Assembly: GCA_041170505.1 (NCBI GenBank)
Contig: JBEAYS010000078.1
Location: 1 to 61,238 of the forward strand
From: Cyanobacteriota bacterium
GTDB lineage: Bacteria > Cyanobacteriota > Vampirovibrionia > LMEP-6097
Reading direction: 5' to 3'
Length of the DNA stretch: 61,238 nt
The translations under genes and the position numbers were made by a program. The stretch's first letter is position 1. Every line of letters begins with the position of its first letter. Below the pieces are notes generated by a model, which did not search any database, was not told the DNA's origin, and saw only the letters and a list, made by a program, of their open reading frames with translations. Shown in pieces: positions 45,016 through 54,402 of the stretch.

Positions 45016-45174
45016 GGCTTGGACATCATTCTACCTACTAAACGCACTCTGGAAGCGAGTTTTGCGTTTAATACTGGGAGTCTTGTTGTTGGGTGGAATT
45101 ATCTAGGTTTTTGTGGAAACGGTAAGTGCGGCCCCACAGGGAGCCCGCCGAAAGGGTAAGTGCGCTCCTAGAGC

Positions 45175-46128
45175 TTAAAAACTCAAAACCCAAGGAATAT
45201 AAACTAAAGCGATTAGAGTGCTGATCAGCACAGTGATTGAGGCGGTGTCAGTGTCAAGCCCAAGCTCGGTGGCTATCGATATGGTGTTAGCGCCGATCGG
45301 CACTATCGACATCAAAAAAATTATCTCTAGAGCTCTTGAGGAATAAAAATGCAAGTAAGTAGAATCTAGATACATAAAACCCACTGCTAGAGCGGGAAAC
45401 ACAGCTAGCTTAGCAATCAAGCTCAGAGAGATAAACTTAAAATCAAAATAGGCTTTTTTGATTTTTGCAAGCCCTAGCCCTATCATAAGCATCCCCAAAA
45501 ACGAATACGCTCCAATAAATTTATCTGCCATATCAAGCAAGCTCTGAATCACAGGATCCAAGAGGGTTCCAGGCTGGTAATAATATTTATAAGCCAGGTT
45601 CGCTATTACAGCAAGCATACTAGTATAAATCGTGGGCAGTCTGAGAGTCTTTTGCAGAGCGTCTTTTAGGTGATACTTGCCGCGCGCCGCAATCAAAAAA
45701 GCCGTAAAGCTCTCATGTAGAGCTAATCCTAAGACTAGTAACACCGTTATGCCAAGAGCTTCCGGTCCATAAATCGCAAACACAAGTGGCAATCCAAAAT
45801 ATCCTACATTTGCTAAACTCGCTGATAGAGACAGTAAGCCGGCTTGCTCGCGAGACCCCAAAAATATTTTGCCGATATAAAAAAAGCTTATCGCCATAAA
45901 AGTCCCCGCCACCAAAAAATAAAAAGGATAACTAAAAGTCTGGGCACTTAAATCCGTTAGGAAAATCCCCTTAAAAGTTACTACCGGCACTACAATATAA
46001 AGCAAGAGCGGAGCGATGCTTTCGGCTTGGACTTTTAGCTTTTTGCCTGCAATCCAGCCAAAAATAATCATTATATATAAAGGAATTAGTTTTATTAATA
46101 GGTCGCTAAATAGGTTAGGTGGAGCCAT
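45175..46128 (-). CDS. AEC (auxin efflux carrier) family membrane transporter
   Basis: 317-aa polytopic ORF, about 10 hydrophobic segments. The N-terminus LIKLIPLYIMIIFGWIAGKKL is typical of the family. Confidence 0.72.
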   Translation of the reverse strand: MAPPNLFSDLLIKLIPLYIMIIFGWIAGKKLKVQAESIAPLLLYIVVPVVTFKGIFLTDLSAQTFSYPFYFLVAGTFMAISFFYIGKIFLGSREQAGLLSLSASLANVGYFGLPLVFAIYGPEALGITVLLVLGLALHESFTAFLIAARGKYHLKDALQKTLRLPTIYTSMLAVIANLAYKYYYQPGTLLDPVIQSLLDMADKFIGAYSFLGMLMIGLGLAKIKKAYFDFKFISLSLIAKLAVFPALAVGFMYLDSTYLHFYSSRALEIIFLMSIVPIGANTISIATELGLDTDTASITVLISTLIALVYIPWVLSF

Positions 46129-46159
46129 TTAACTTCATTATAGTAGACTTATATTTATC

Positions 46160-47071
46160 GTGAAACACCGATCACTAAAAGATTACTTAAAATCACGTTT
46201 TAATTCTCGGGTCCAAAGAGTGACTCTTGAGGGCGGCTTTACTTGTCCGAATATCGACGGCACAAAATCTGTCGGGGGTTGTACTTTTTGTACTGAAGAT
46301 GGTTCCAGCTCAGGCGCGCAGAACGCCACCCATACCATCAGGCGTCAGCTTGAAGATGGTATCGCCAAGCAAAGCAAACGCTTTCGCTGTGATAAATTTA
46401 TCGCTTATTTTCAGTCTTTTACAAATACTTATGCTGATGTCGCTTACCTAAAGTCTCTCTATGATCAAGTCGTAGATCACCCTCAGGTAGTGGTTTTGGC
46501 GGTGGGGACGCGTCCAGATTGTGTCTCTGAGGAAGTTATAGACCTGCTTGAGAGTTACACTGCGCGCGGGCTTGAAATATGGGTGGATATTGGGGTTCAG
46601 ACTTCTCACAATCAAACTCTAGAAAAAATCAATCGCGCTCACAGCTACGAGGATTTTGTGGATTGCGCTGAGCGAATCGCGCGCCGCCAAAATCCATTAA
46701 TTAGAATTTGTACTCATGTGATTATTGGCTTGCCCGGAGAAAGCCCTGAGATGATTTGGCAGACCGCTGAAAAGCTCTCCCAGACACCGATTCATGATCT
46801 TAAAATCCACCAGCTCTGTGTGCTAAAAGGTACTGCCATGGAAATAGACTATCTAAATGGCGAGCTTGTTGTCTATGAAAATATGGAGGATTATATCAAA
46901 GTCTTGGCAGGATTCTTGGAACGCCTGCGCTCAGATATTGTCATACAGCGGCTTATGGGCGAAGGTAAAGTTGGCGAACTGGTTGCACCTGCTTGGGCTG
47001 ACACCCATAAGCATAAAGGCAACAAAAACAAATTCCTAAACTTACTTGCAGAGAGCCTGGTCGGGTGTTAA
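46160..47071 (+). CDS. TIGR01212-type radical SAM protein (YtqA-like), GTG start
   Basis: GGFTCPNIDGTKSVGGCTFC cluster motif characteristic of this radical SAM subgroup. Confidence 0.88.
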   Translation: MKHRSLKDYLKSRFNSRVQRVTLEGGFTCPNIDGTKSVGGCTFCTEDGSSSGAQNATHTIRRQLEDGIAKQSKRFRCDKFIAYFQSFTNTYADVAYLKSLYDQVVDHPQVVVLAVGTRPDCVSEEVIDLLESYTARGLEIWVDIGVQTSHNQTLEKINRAHSYEDFVDCAERIARRQNPLIRICTHVIIGLPGESPEMIWQTAEKLSQTPIHDLKIHQLCVLKGTAMEIDYLNGELVVYENMEDYIKVLAGFLERLRSDIVIQRLMGEGKVGELVAPAWADTHKHKGNKNKFLNLLAESLVGC

Positions 47072-47079
47072 GCGCAATT

Positions 47080-47184
47080 GCAGACATTGTCTACGAATGT
47101 CCACTTAATAACAATAATACTCAGAACAAAGCGTCAATCAATCGTGTTATTTATACAAAATGGACATTCGTAGACAATGTCTGC
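47080..47184. repeat. Family-2 repeat, inverted pair (105-bp MITE-like unit) between convergent genes
   Basis: Perfect 24-bp inverted termini gcagacattgtctacgaatgtcca (47080-47103) and tggacattcgtagacaatgtctgc (47161-47184). Confidence 0.82.
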
Positions 47185-47188
47185 AAGA

Positions 47189-48181
47189 CTAAGATAACCC
47201 AGGATTCGGTCCCGCCCAAATAGCTTTTTTGGAGCTAATTTCTATCATGCGATCAATAGTGAGCTTCGCTGGCGTGAGTATAGATTCCGGAATTGTGATT
47301 TCGGTAAATTCTTGCTCGATAGCCGCGTAGAGATTTTCTAGGTTGTGATATTTCATATTAGGGCAGAGCGGCAGAGGAAAAACCGTGAGTATATCTTTTT
47401 CAGGGAAGTCAGCCTGCATGCGGGCTACCAGTCCTTGCTCGGAGAGAATTATAAATTTGCGCCCAGGAGAATTTTCGATAAATTTATAAATCTCAGAAGT
47501 GCTTCCGATAAAATCTGCTCTGCGCCATACATCTGGATCGCACTCAGGATGCGCGATTATGACCGCTTCAGGGTGCAAGTCTCTTTGCTTATCGACTTCA
47601 GAAGCTGTTATTTGCCAGTGTGTCGGGCAAAACCCATCATAAATATGTAGAATTTTTTCAGGCACATTGTACTGAACCCACTCGCCAAGCCCTTTGTCGG
47701 GCACAAAAATTACTTCTTGAGAATCCAGTGATCTGACTATATCGACAGCATTTGTGCTGGTACAGCAAATATCAGATTCTGCTTTTACAGCCGCTGAGCT
47801 GTTTACATAGCAAACCACGGGCGCGCCGGGGTGCTCAGCTTTGAAGGCTTTTAGGTCATCTACATTGATCATGTCTGCCATCGGGCATCCTGACTGGATA
47901 TCAGGGAGTAAAACTTTTTTACTGGGGTTAAGAAGCTTGGCTGTCTCGGCCATAAAATGCACACCACAAAAAACAATCAAGTCAGCATCCGTTTCCTGAG
48001 CGCGTTTTGAGAGCATGAGGCTATCACCCACAAAATCAGCCACTCTCTGCACTTCGAGTCTTTGGTAGATATGAGTCAAAATTACGGCGTTTTTTTGTTT
48101 GGCAAGCGCGCGCACTTTTTCAAAAAGCTCCATTTTTTCTGAGCTTCGGTCTATTACTGATCTTGCCATGTAACTGGTCAT
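47189..48181 (-). CDS. nadA: Quinolinate synthase
   Basis: THIYQRLEVQRVADFVGDSL, FCGVHFMAETAKLL, and conserved Cys ligands (CPMA, CYVNSS..., CPNM). Confidence 0.93.
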   Translation of the reverse strand: MTSYMARSVIDRSSEKMELFEKVRALAKQKNAVILTHIYQRLEVQRVADFVGDSLMLSKRAQETDADLIVFCGVHFMAETAKLLNPSKKVLLPDIQSGCPMADMINVDDLKAFKAEHPGAPVVCYVNSSAAVKAESDICCTSTNAVDIVRSLDSQEVIFVPDKGLGEWVQYNVPEKILHIYDGFCPTHWQITASEVDKQRDLHPEAVIIAHPECDPDVWRRADFIGSTSEIYKFIENSPGRKFIILSEQGLVARMQADFPEKDILTVFPLPLCPNMKYHNLENLYAAIEQEFTEITIPESILTPAKLTIDRMIEISSKKAIWAGPNPGLS

Positions 48182-48339
48182 ACGGGTTCCTTCTTGTTGT
48201 TATAAAACAAATAAATTGGGAATAATAGGATATTATACAATTTCTTAGTCTTGAATTAATACGTAATACTTGATACTGTCATTAAATTATTGCTATTATT
48301 AAAGGCCGCTTTAATTTTAAAGCTTGTGAGGTTAAATAC

Positions 48340-48525
48340 ATGCCAGTACCAAAGAAAAATCAATCGCGTCAAAGACAAAACACCAGAAGAGCTAATTGGA
48401 AAGGTAAAGTTGTAGCTCTAGTAGCTTGCAATAACTGCGGCGCTCAGAAAAAGCCTCACCACGTTTGCCGTGAGTGCGGTTATTATAACGGTAAACAATT
48501 TATTGAAGTTTCAGCTAGCGAATAA
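48340..48525 (+). CDS. rpmF: 50S ribosomal protein L32
   Basis: MPVPKKNQSRQRQNTRRANW... with the zinc-ribbon CNNCG..CRECG. Confidence 0.93.
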   Translation: MPVPKKNQSRQRQNTRRANWKGKVVALVACNNCGAQKKPHHVCRECGYYNGKQFIEVSASE

Positions 48526-48530
48526 CGCCA

Positions 48531-49445
48531 ATGCTCAAGCTGGTTTTAGCTAAGATTTTTACTTTTGCTTTTACTTTTTTTTGTTTAGTTTCAGCTTCGT
48601 TTTTTTTGCTCAGGCTTTTGCCTGGAAGTCCTTTTGATGAAGGAAGATTTTTATCGCCCGAGATCCTGGCTAATATGGAAGCTAAATACGGTCTAGATCA
48701 GGATTTGCTCACCCAATATTTTAGATATATCTCAAAACTTTTTTTACATGCAGATTTAGGTCCTAGCCTTAAATATCCCAACCGCGATGTAAATGATATC
48801 CTGCTTAATGCTCTGCCCATATCTCTACAGCTCGGTCTCTGTGCGTTTTTGATCGCTCTTGTCGGCGGTGTCGTACTTGGAGTTTTATCAGCTCTCTATC
48901 CTCAGAAATTTATAGGGCGCGCGGTAAGCACGATTAGCGGAGTTTTTATGTCGATTCCAAGTTTTGTGTTTGCTGGGATTTTGATTGCGATTTTTGGTCT
49001 GTGGCTAAACCTGCTTCCTGTGGCGCTTTGGGAGGGACCAGAGTATATAATCCTGCCAGCGCTTACGCTTGCTATTGCTCCCCTTGCTTATATCACGCGC
49101 ATCACTCGATCGACAGTGATCGATGTGCTGAATAAAGAATTTGTCAAAACCGCTCTAGCTAAGGGTCAGAGCGAACTAAAAATTATCATCAAACATGTTT
49201 TGCCTAATAGCCTGATTCCGATTTTGACTGTGGCTGGCCCTTTGGTGGCGATTTTGATTACTGGTTCGTTTGTGGTGGAGTATATTTTTGCTCTGCCGGG
49301 TATGGGTAAGTATTTTGTGACAGCTTTTATTAATAGAGATTATTTTTTGGTCTCCGGTACGGTGGTGATTTTTTCGATAATTTTATTGACGGTTAATACC
49401 CTTGTGGATTTATTGATCGTGGCTATTAGTCCTAAGGCGGATTAG
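48531..49445 (+). CDS. ABC transporter permease, peptide/nickel (DppB/OppB-like) family
   Basis: Six hydrophobic segments, N-terminal RLLPGSPF, and the EAA-like region FVKTALAKGQSELKIIIKHVLPNSLIP. Confidence 0.88.
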   Translation: MLKLVLAKIFTFAFTFFCLVSASFFLLRLLPGSPFDEGRFLSPEILANMEAKYGLDQDLLTQYFRYISKLFLHADLGPSLKYPNRDVNDILLNALPISLQLGLCAFLIALVGGVVLGVLSALYPQKFIGRAVSTISGVFMSIPSFVFAGILIAIFGLWLNLLPVALWEGPEYIILPALTLAIAPLAYITRITRSTVIDVLNKEFVKTALAKGQSELKIIIKHVLPNSLIPILTVAGPLVAILITGSFVVEYIFALPGMGKYFVTAFINRDYFLVSGTVVIFSIILLTVNTLVDLLIVAISPKAD

Positions 49446-50329
49446 CTAGCTAAATAATCTAACATCGCTTTAATCAGCTTGCCATCTGCAACTTGATCAA
49501 AGCCCGCAAACATTGGTGATGAGTTAGCTTCCAGAAGTAAGAACTCTCCGGTTTTTGGACAAGTTTTAAAATCTAGAGCCGAAAAATTTAGCCCAAGTTC
49601 ATCAGTGAGTTTTATTACTTGCTCTTGCATTGCTGGTTTTAGTTCTACTAGTTCTAGCTTGGCATTTTTATCTAATCGATAATCTAGGTAGTCAGAATTG
49701 ACCAAAAATCCAAAACATTTATTATCAATTCTAAATACTCTTAATTCAGGCATAATGAGTTTTTCTTGAACTATAAGCGGGTAATCATAGAGCTTGACAT
49801 TAAATTTATCAAGTTTTGCTCTATCAAAAATTTGGGTGTAAGCCCCTCCCATAAAGGGTTTGTAGATATACTCTTGAGCTTGTGGTAACGTTTGCAAAAA
49901 TTCATAATTATTAGTGATGTGAGTTTCTGGGATTTTTATATCAAGAGATTTAGCAATTAATAAGGTTTTGAATTTATTAGCTTCTGATTTCTTAGAAAAG
50001 TTTCTATTAAAAATTTTTATATGCGGATTAGCAAGTAGCCAGCCAGTCAAAAGCTCATGCCAATTGCTTGCGATTACTTGATCGTTATCATCGTTAGATT
50101 CTAGATATTCAAAAACATCATATCTGATAAATGCACTACTTACATTTATTTTTTTGTTATCAATCAATAAATCATTATTGGGGAAGTCGTACCTTACGCT
50201 GGGTACGCCGGTCTTGCCGATTAAAACGATCTCTGCTGGTATGTCCTGGCTAAAACAATGTTTAATCAGTCTAATTATATTAAAATCTTTATCACCACCA
50301 AATATCAAAACTTTTTTTTGGAGTTCCAT
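49442..50329 (-). CDS. ATP-grasp family ligase (RimK/MvdD-like)
   Basis: IVQEKLIMPELRVFRIDNKCFGF...DYR...ALDFK...EFLLLEANSSPMF follows the ATP-grasp C-terminal half pattern of RimK and graspetide ligases. Confidence 0.72.
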   Translation of the reverse strand: MELQKKVLIFGGDKDFNIIRLIKHCFSQDIPAEIVLIGKTGVPSVRYDFPNNDLLIDNKKINVSSAFIRYDVFEYLESNDDNDQVIASNWHELLTGWLLANPHIKIFNRNFSKKSEANKFKTLLIAKSLDIKIPETHITNNYEFLQTLPQAQEYIYKPFMGGAYTQIFDRAKLDKFNVKLYDYPLIVQEKLIMPELRVFRIDNKCFGFLVNSDYLDYRLDKNAKLELVELKPAMQEQVIKLTDELGLNFSALDFKTCPKTGEFLLLEANSSPMFAGFDQVADGKLIKAMLDYLAS

Positions 50330-50364
50330 AGAATCATCTTATCAGAAGCATTTTAGATGATTTT

Positions 50365-51027
50365 TTAGATCTCATTATTATTTACTTGTGCTTCATTGAT
50401 CATGCTTGTTGGAACAAAATCAGAATGAATTCTTCCAAAACGAGACCCTAGTCTATCTTCTTCACCTATAGCTTGAGTAGAGAATTGAGGTAAAGGTTTT
50501 TGACCTTTGGGTGGAACAGAATATCTATCAGGTGGATGGGAATCTGGGGCATGTTGCGAATCATGAACTGAGTCATCATGATGTTGCCCATGGTCCTCTA
50601 CAGCCGCCTGATCAGGTGAATATCTTAAGTGGGTTCTTTGATCTTCGCCCATACAATTTGATGGAGGAATCTCTCTTTCTTGTAACATTCTTTCAGTAGA
50701 ATCTGAAGATTGTCGAGAGTCAGTTCTTTGACTTGTAATGGTTGTCTTTAAAGATTGAGCTTGACTTTTAATATCATGGACTTTACTTTCTAATCTTAAT
50801 TCTGGAGCAATCTGGTCAGAACAAACCCCAATTCCTGGGGTAAAAGCAAGACGTCCGCTTGGTGCCCATGGAACGATTACAGTAGGGATTCTAGAACCTG
50901 GAGGGATTCTATAACCTGTTCTAGAGCCACTAGTACCAAAGTCGGGCTGAGTCCTTATCGAGGAAGGAAGTCCAGCTCTATCAGGTCTACCAAATCTTGA
51001 CGAAAATCTCATAGGATTATCTATCAA
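50365..51027 (-). CDS. Hypothetical low-complexity (Ser/Arg/Pro/Asp/Gln-rich) protein; ATG at 51012 is the more likely start
   Basis: Long ORF directly upstream of the ATP-grasp gene on the same strand. SRFGR motif near both termini. No recognisable fold, so coding status is uncertain. Confidence 0.35.
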   Translation of the reverse strand: MIDNPMRFSSRFGRPDRAGLPSSIRTQPDFGTSGSRTGYRIPPGSRIPTVIVPWAPSGRLAFTPGIGVCSDQIAPELRLESKVHDIKSQAQSLKTTITSQRTDSRQSSDSTERMLQEREIPPSNCMGEDQRTHLRYSPDQAAVEDHGQHHDDSVHDSQHAPDSHPPDRYSVPPKGQKPLPQFSTQAIGEEDRLGSRFGRIHSDFVPTSMINEAQVNNNEI

Positions 51028-51154
51028 ATTTAAGTTAATAGATGATTATAAAGTCATTTTTTTTGCTAGGTTATATAGTGGATTTTTGTGTAGTTGATAA
51101 TTTGTAGCAAATTTCAAAATTGCTTTCTTTAGGAACTAGCATTATAATAAAACA

Positions 51155-51568
51155 ATGCCTGATAAGCTAAACGGTAAAGCCCAAGCCTTTTTGCTCATAT
51201 TGAGATGGACTTTGGCAATAATATTTTTTGCTAATGGTGTGCCTAAGCTAAGCGATCCAGGTTTTGGGGCGAATGCTGATAGTTTTTTTGCCAGCTTGCG
51301 TGATGATGTGATTTTTGGACCCTATAAAACAGTTTTTAAAGACGTTATCATCCCTAACGCTTTTATTATTGCTAGTTTTGTGAAGTACGCTGAGATCGCT
51401 GTAGGTGCGATGTTTTTTGTGGGGTTTCCACTGAGATTTGCTTCGCTTTTGGCGACATTTTTGCATTTGAATTATTTGTGCATCGCAAGTTTTCCTACTT
51501 TTATTTATTTAAATGTCTTAATGATAGTCTGCGAGTGGTTTATAAGAAGTGCTCATGAAAAGCAGTAA
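51155..51568 (+). CDS. DoxX-family membrane protein
   Basis: 137 aa with four hydrophobic segments. The N-terminal FLLILRWTLAIIFFANGVPKL resembles DoxX. Confidence 0.65.
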   Translation: MPDKLNGKAQAFLLILRWTLAIIFFANGVPKLSDPGFGANADSFFASLRDDVIFGPYKTVFKDVIIPNAFIIASFVKYAEIAVGAMFFVGFPLRFASLLATFLHLNYLCIASFPTFIYLNVLMIVCEWFIRSAHEKQ

Positions 51569-53315
51569 ACTGCTAGTAATTTTTTTACTTAGTTTTTTTT
51601 GTGTGGCTTGTTTAAGGCTTCCTGACCAGTACAAAGACAGGCATACAGGCGGCTCTCTGCGGCTTTTACATAAGGGGCAAGATCCTAAGACCTTTAATCC
51701 TTGGATTGCAAGTGATTCTACTAGTTCATCTTTTGCAGGTATTTTATACGAAGGTTTAATTACCTTTGATCCTGATACTGACGAGCCTCTGCCGCATCTT
51801 GCAGAAAAATTTCTCATCCAAGAAGGCGGCAAAAAAATCACTATTAAGCTCAGAGACGATATTCTATGGAGTGATGGTAAACCTATTAGTGCTGATGATG
51901 TTTTATTTACTTGGCAAACCCTCATCAGAGACGGGGTTGCAACGAGCTCATTAAAAGATATTCTTGAAATTGATGGTAAATTTCCCGAGCTAAAAAAAAT
52001 TGATGATAAAACTGTAGAATTTCGTACCATCAAAGTCTTTGCTCCTTTTTTGCGTACTCTTGCTATCGAGATCGCACCCAAACACGATATCGAAAAATAT
52101 TTTTTAGATCACGGCGCTAAAAGTTTTCAAGAAAAACAAAATCTTTTTAACAATTTTCTAAACGTCCACACAGAGCCCTCATCAATAGTGAGTTCTGGGG
52201 CTTTTAAACTCAAGTCTATTCGCCACGGTGAACGTATCATCTTCCAAAAAAACCCCCTTTATTTTAAGACTGATAAATCGGGTCGCAAACTTCCTTATTT
52301 AGATCAAATAATTTATTCTTATGTGCAGGATCCGAGTGCTGAGATTTTTAGATTCTTGGCTGGAGATGCACTAACTATGAGTGTTTCACCATCAAACTCT
52401 GCTTTGATAAAAACTCTTGAAAAAAAGTATTCTTACAAGCTATATGATCTAGGTCCTAGTAGCGGTACGAATTTTATTTGGTTTAATATGAGCAAAAATG
52501 TATCAGAGCCTAAGTATTCATGGTTTAATAATAAATACTTTAGGCGTGCTGTCTCTTACGCACTTGACCGTGAAAGTATCGTAAATAACGTGTTTCAGGG
52601 TATGGGCACGCCGTTATTTACGGCTGAGTCTTTGCGCTCACCCTATTTACACCCCACTTTAAAATCTGGCTATAAGCAAGATTTGAAGCGTGCTCGAGAG
52701 CTTCTGCGCGCTTCTGGATTTAGTTATAAAAAAATTAATGGTGAAGATGTTTTGTTCGATCAAAAAGGTAATAGAGTAGAGTTTGATCTATTTACTAATG
52801 CTGGTAATACCGAGCGCGAGCTAATCGGGGTGATAGTTGTAAGTAATTTAAAAGCTATTGGTATAAAAGCTAATTTTAAATTGCTTGAGTTTAATAATTT
52901 TGTAGGCCGTCTAATGCAGGGCAAGGACTACGATGCAGGCATAATGGGGCTTACAGGAGATAATGAGCCTAATAACGGTGCCAATGTCTGGAAGAGCAAT
53001 GGGCGTTTGCATTTGTTTGATATAAAAAGCTCACAAGATCAGCCCCTGGTGCGTGATTGGGAAAAAGAGGTAGATATCCTTTTTAATGAAGGTGTCCAGC
53101 ATATGGATTTTCAATCTCGCAAAAAATACTACGATAGATTCCAAGAAATAATCGCTGAGGAGAATCCCCTAATTTATTTGGCCTCGCCTAATACTCTTTC
53201 GGCCATATCTTATAAGATCATTGATGTTAAACCGACCAAATATGGGGGCTTGATTCCGTATTTATCCGAGGTGAAACTTGAAGGCTTGGATTTTGGCGGG
53301 ATGTTGGTAAGATAA
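51549..53315 (+). CDS. ABC transporter substrate-binding protein, family 5 (OppA/DppA-like)
   Basis: Signal peptide with Cys (FFCVAC). Length and blocks typical of SBP_bac_5: WSDGKPISADDVLFTW, NPLYFK, RRAVSYALDRE. Confidence 0.88.
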   Translation: MLMKSSKLLVIFLLSFFCVACLRLPDQYKDRHTGGSLRLLHKGQDPKTFNPWIASDSTSSSFAGILYEGLITFDPDTDEPLPHLAEKFLIQEGGKKITIKLRDDILWSDGKPISADDVLFTWQTLIRDGVATSSLKDILEIDGKFPELKKIDDKTVEFRTIKVFAPFLRTLAIEIAPKHDIEKYFLDHGAKSFQEKQNLFNNFLNVHTEPSSIVSSGAFKLKSIRHGERIIFQKNPLYFKTDKSGRKLPYLDQIIYSYVQDPSAEIFRFLAGDALTMSVSPSNSALIKTLEKKYSYKLYDLGPSSGTNFIWFNMSKNVSEPKYSWFNNKYFRRAVSYALDRESIVNNVFQGMGTPLFTAESLRSPYLHPTLKSGYKQDLKRARELLRASGFSYKKINGEDVLFDQKGNRVEFDLFTNAGNTERELIGVIVVSNLKAIGIKANFKLLEFNNFVGRLMQGKDYDAGIMGLTGDNEPNNGANVWKSNGRLHLFDIKSSQDQPLVRDWEKEVDILFNEGVQHMDFQSRKKYYDRFQEIIAEENPLIYLASPNTLSAISYKIIDVKPTKYGGLIPYLSEVKLEGLDFGGMLVR

Positions 53316-53322
53316 TAGAGGT

Positions 53323-53347
53323 CTAATTGTAACAATGTTTCAATTAG
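53323..53347. repeat. Family-3 palindrome, copy 3
   Basis: ctaattgtaacaatgtttcaattag, immediately after the SBP stop codon. Confidence 0.65.
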
Positions 53348-53510
53348 GAACTGCTCTCCTTAATTTATCATGGATAATATAAACCTATTTAGCCTAAAAG
53401 TTTTTTGCTAATCTAATAATTTTACCCTTTTGGTGAAAGAAAAAAACTCAAATTATTGAGAACTGGCCTGGATTATTTGTTATTGATGATAAATTAAGGA
53501 GAGCAGTTCC
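53347..53510. repeat. 24-bp perfect inverted repeat pair flanking ~115 bp
   Basis: ggaactgctctccttaatttatca (53347-53370) and tgataaattaaggagagcagttcc (53487-53510) are exact reverse complements. Confidence 0.8.
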
Positions 53511-53601
53511 TCAGGAGAGAAATTCAAACCTGTAATACAGCCATACTTAATAGTATAATTATTTCTATATATTCTTTGAAGTCCAACGACTCTAAAGCTT
53601 A

Positions 53602-54402
53602 TTGAGCATAACAATGTTAGGTCTGCCTGATTTAAATATTCGTAACCAAGTGAGTAGTCTTTTATCTGCTGGCACTGCGCAGTTTTTAAATCAAGTTATA
53701 CCTGGTTATACTGGTATCTCTGAGTATCTAAGAAAAACTGTTTTTCAAAAGAACCTTCACAAAGAACGGCCCCAAACCGTATTAAATACTATGGATATAT
53801 CTGGTTACAATTCAGCTGTAAACCAAATCGCCTACACGGTTTCAGGCACTTATAATCCCTTGAAAAGAGTTTGGTATTTATTGCAAAGTTTATTTGGATA
53901 TAGTTATTCAGCAAGAATTCAAGATTCGCTTAAGGTGATTACTGATGGTGCTAATAAATATGATTCCTATCAATTTGCAAACCGCTCCCTGAGCCTCTTG
54001 GTGACTCAAATGAAAGCCCGAATCTCAAAGATACAGGGTACATTGTCCTGGCTGGGATTGAGTTTAAACAAAAAAGTTATGCAGGACCCTGCGGTGCAGG
54101 GTTTTAAAAACGCGATAAATTCTTGGTTACAACCCTTTACTGAATTGATACATGGCGGGGTAAAAGGTTTTGGGTTTACCAAAAACGACTGGCAATTTTT
54201 AAAGGATCTGCGCGACGGTCTAGCTTATGGAGTTTTTGCCCCTTATGTAAAAGATGTGGTGGCACAGTTTGATGGCGTGCTCAAAGAAGCTCAATCTGTT
54301 TGGCAAGCTCAGTTTAACGCTCAAGAGCGTGCCAATTATCAAGCACAAAGGCCTTTAGCCCAGGCATCTAGTCAGATGAAATCCACTCAGCAAGCGGCTT
54401 AA
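53602..54402 (+). CDS. Hypothetical protein (probable start ATG at 53614)
   Basis: 266-aa ORF, Gln-rich C-terminus, no recognised motifs. Confidence 0.4.
   Translation: MSITMLGLPDLNIRNQVSSLLSAGTAQFLNQVIPGYTGISEYLRKTVFQKNLHKERPQTVLNTMDISGYNSAVNQIAYTVSGTYNPLKRVWYLLQSLFGYSYSARIQDSLKVITDGANKYDSYQFANRSLSLLVTQMKARISKIQGTLSWLGLSLNKKVMQDPAVQGFKNAINSWLQPFTELIHGGVKGFGFTKNDWQFLKDLRDGLAYGVFAPYVKDVVAQFDGVLKEAQSVWQAQFNAQERANYQAQRPLAQASSQMKSTQQAA

Noticed and set aside
45100-45175. GC-rich segment with a ggtaagtgcg direct repeat at the right island boundary, considered as an att site or tRNA fragment
   Set aside because: No cloverleaf can be drawn and no matching repeat was found at the left boundary. It is probably just a 3' hairpin region of the AEC transporter gene.
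50511-50699. 62-aa plus-strand ORF opposite the low-complexity ORF
   Set aside because: It is antisense to a longer ORF and His-rich low complexity, with no support. The coding status of the longer ORF is itself uncertain.
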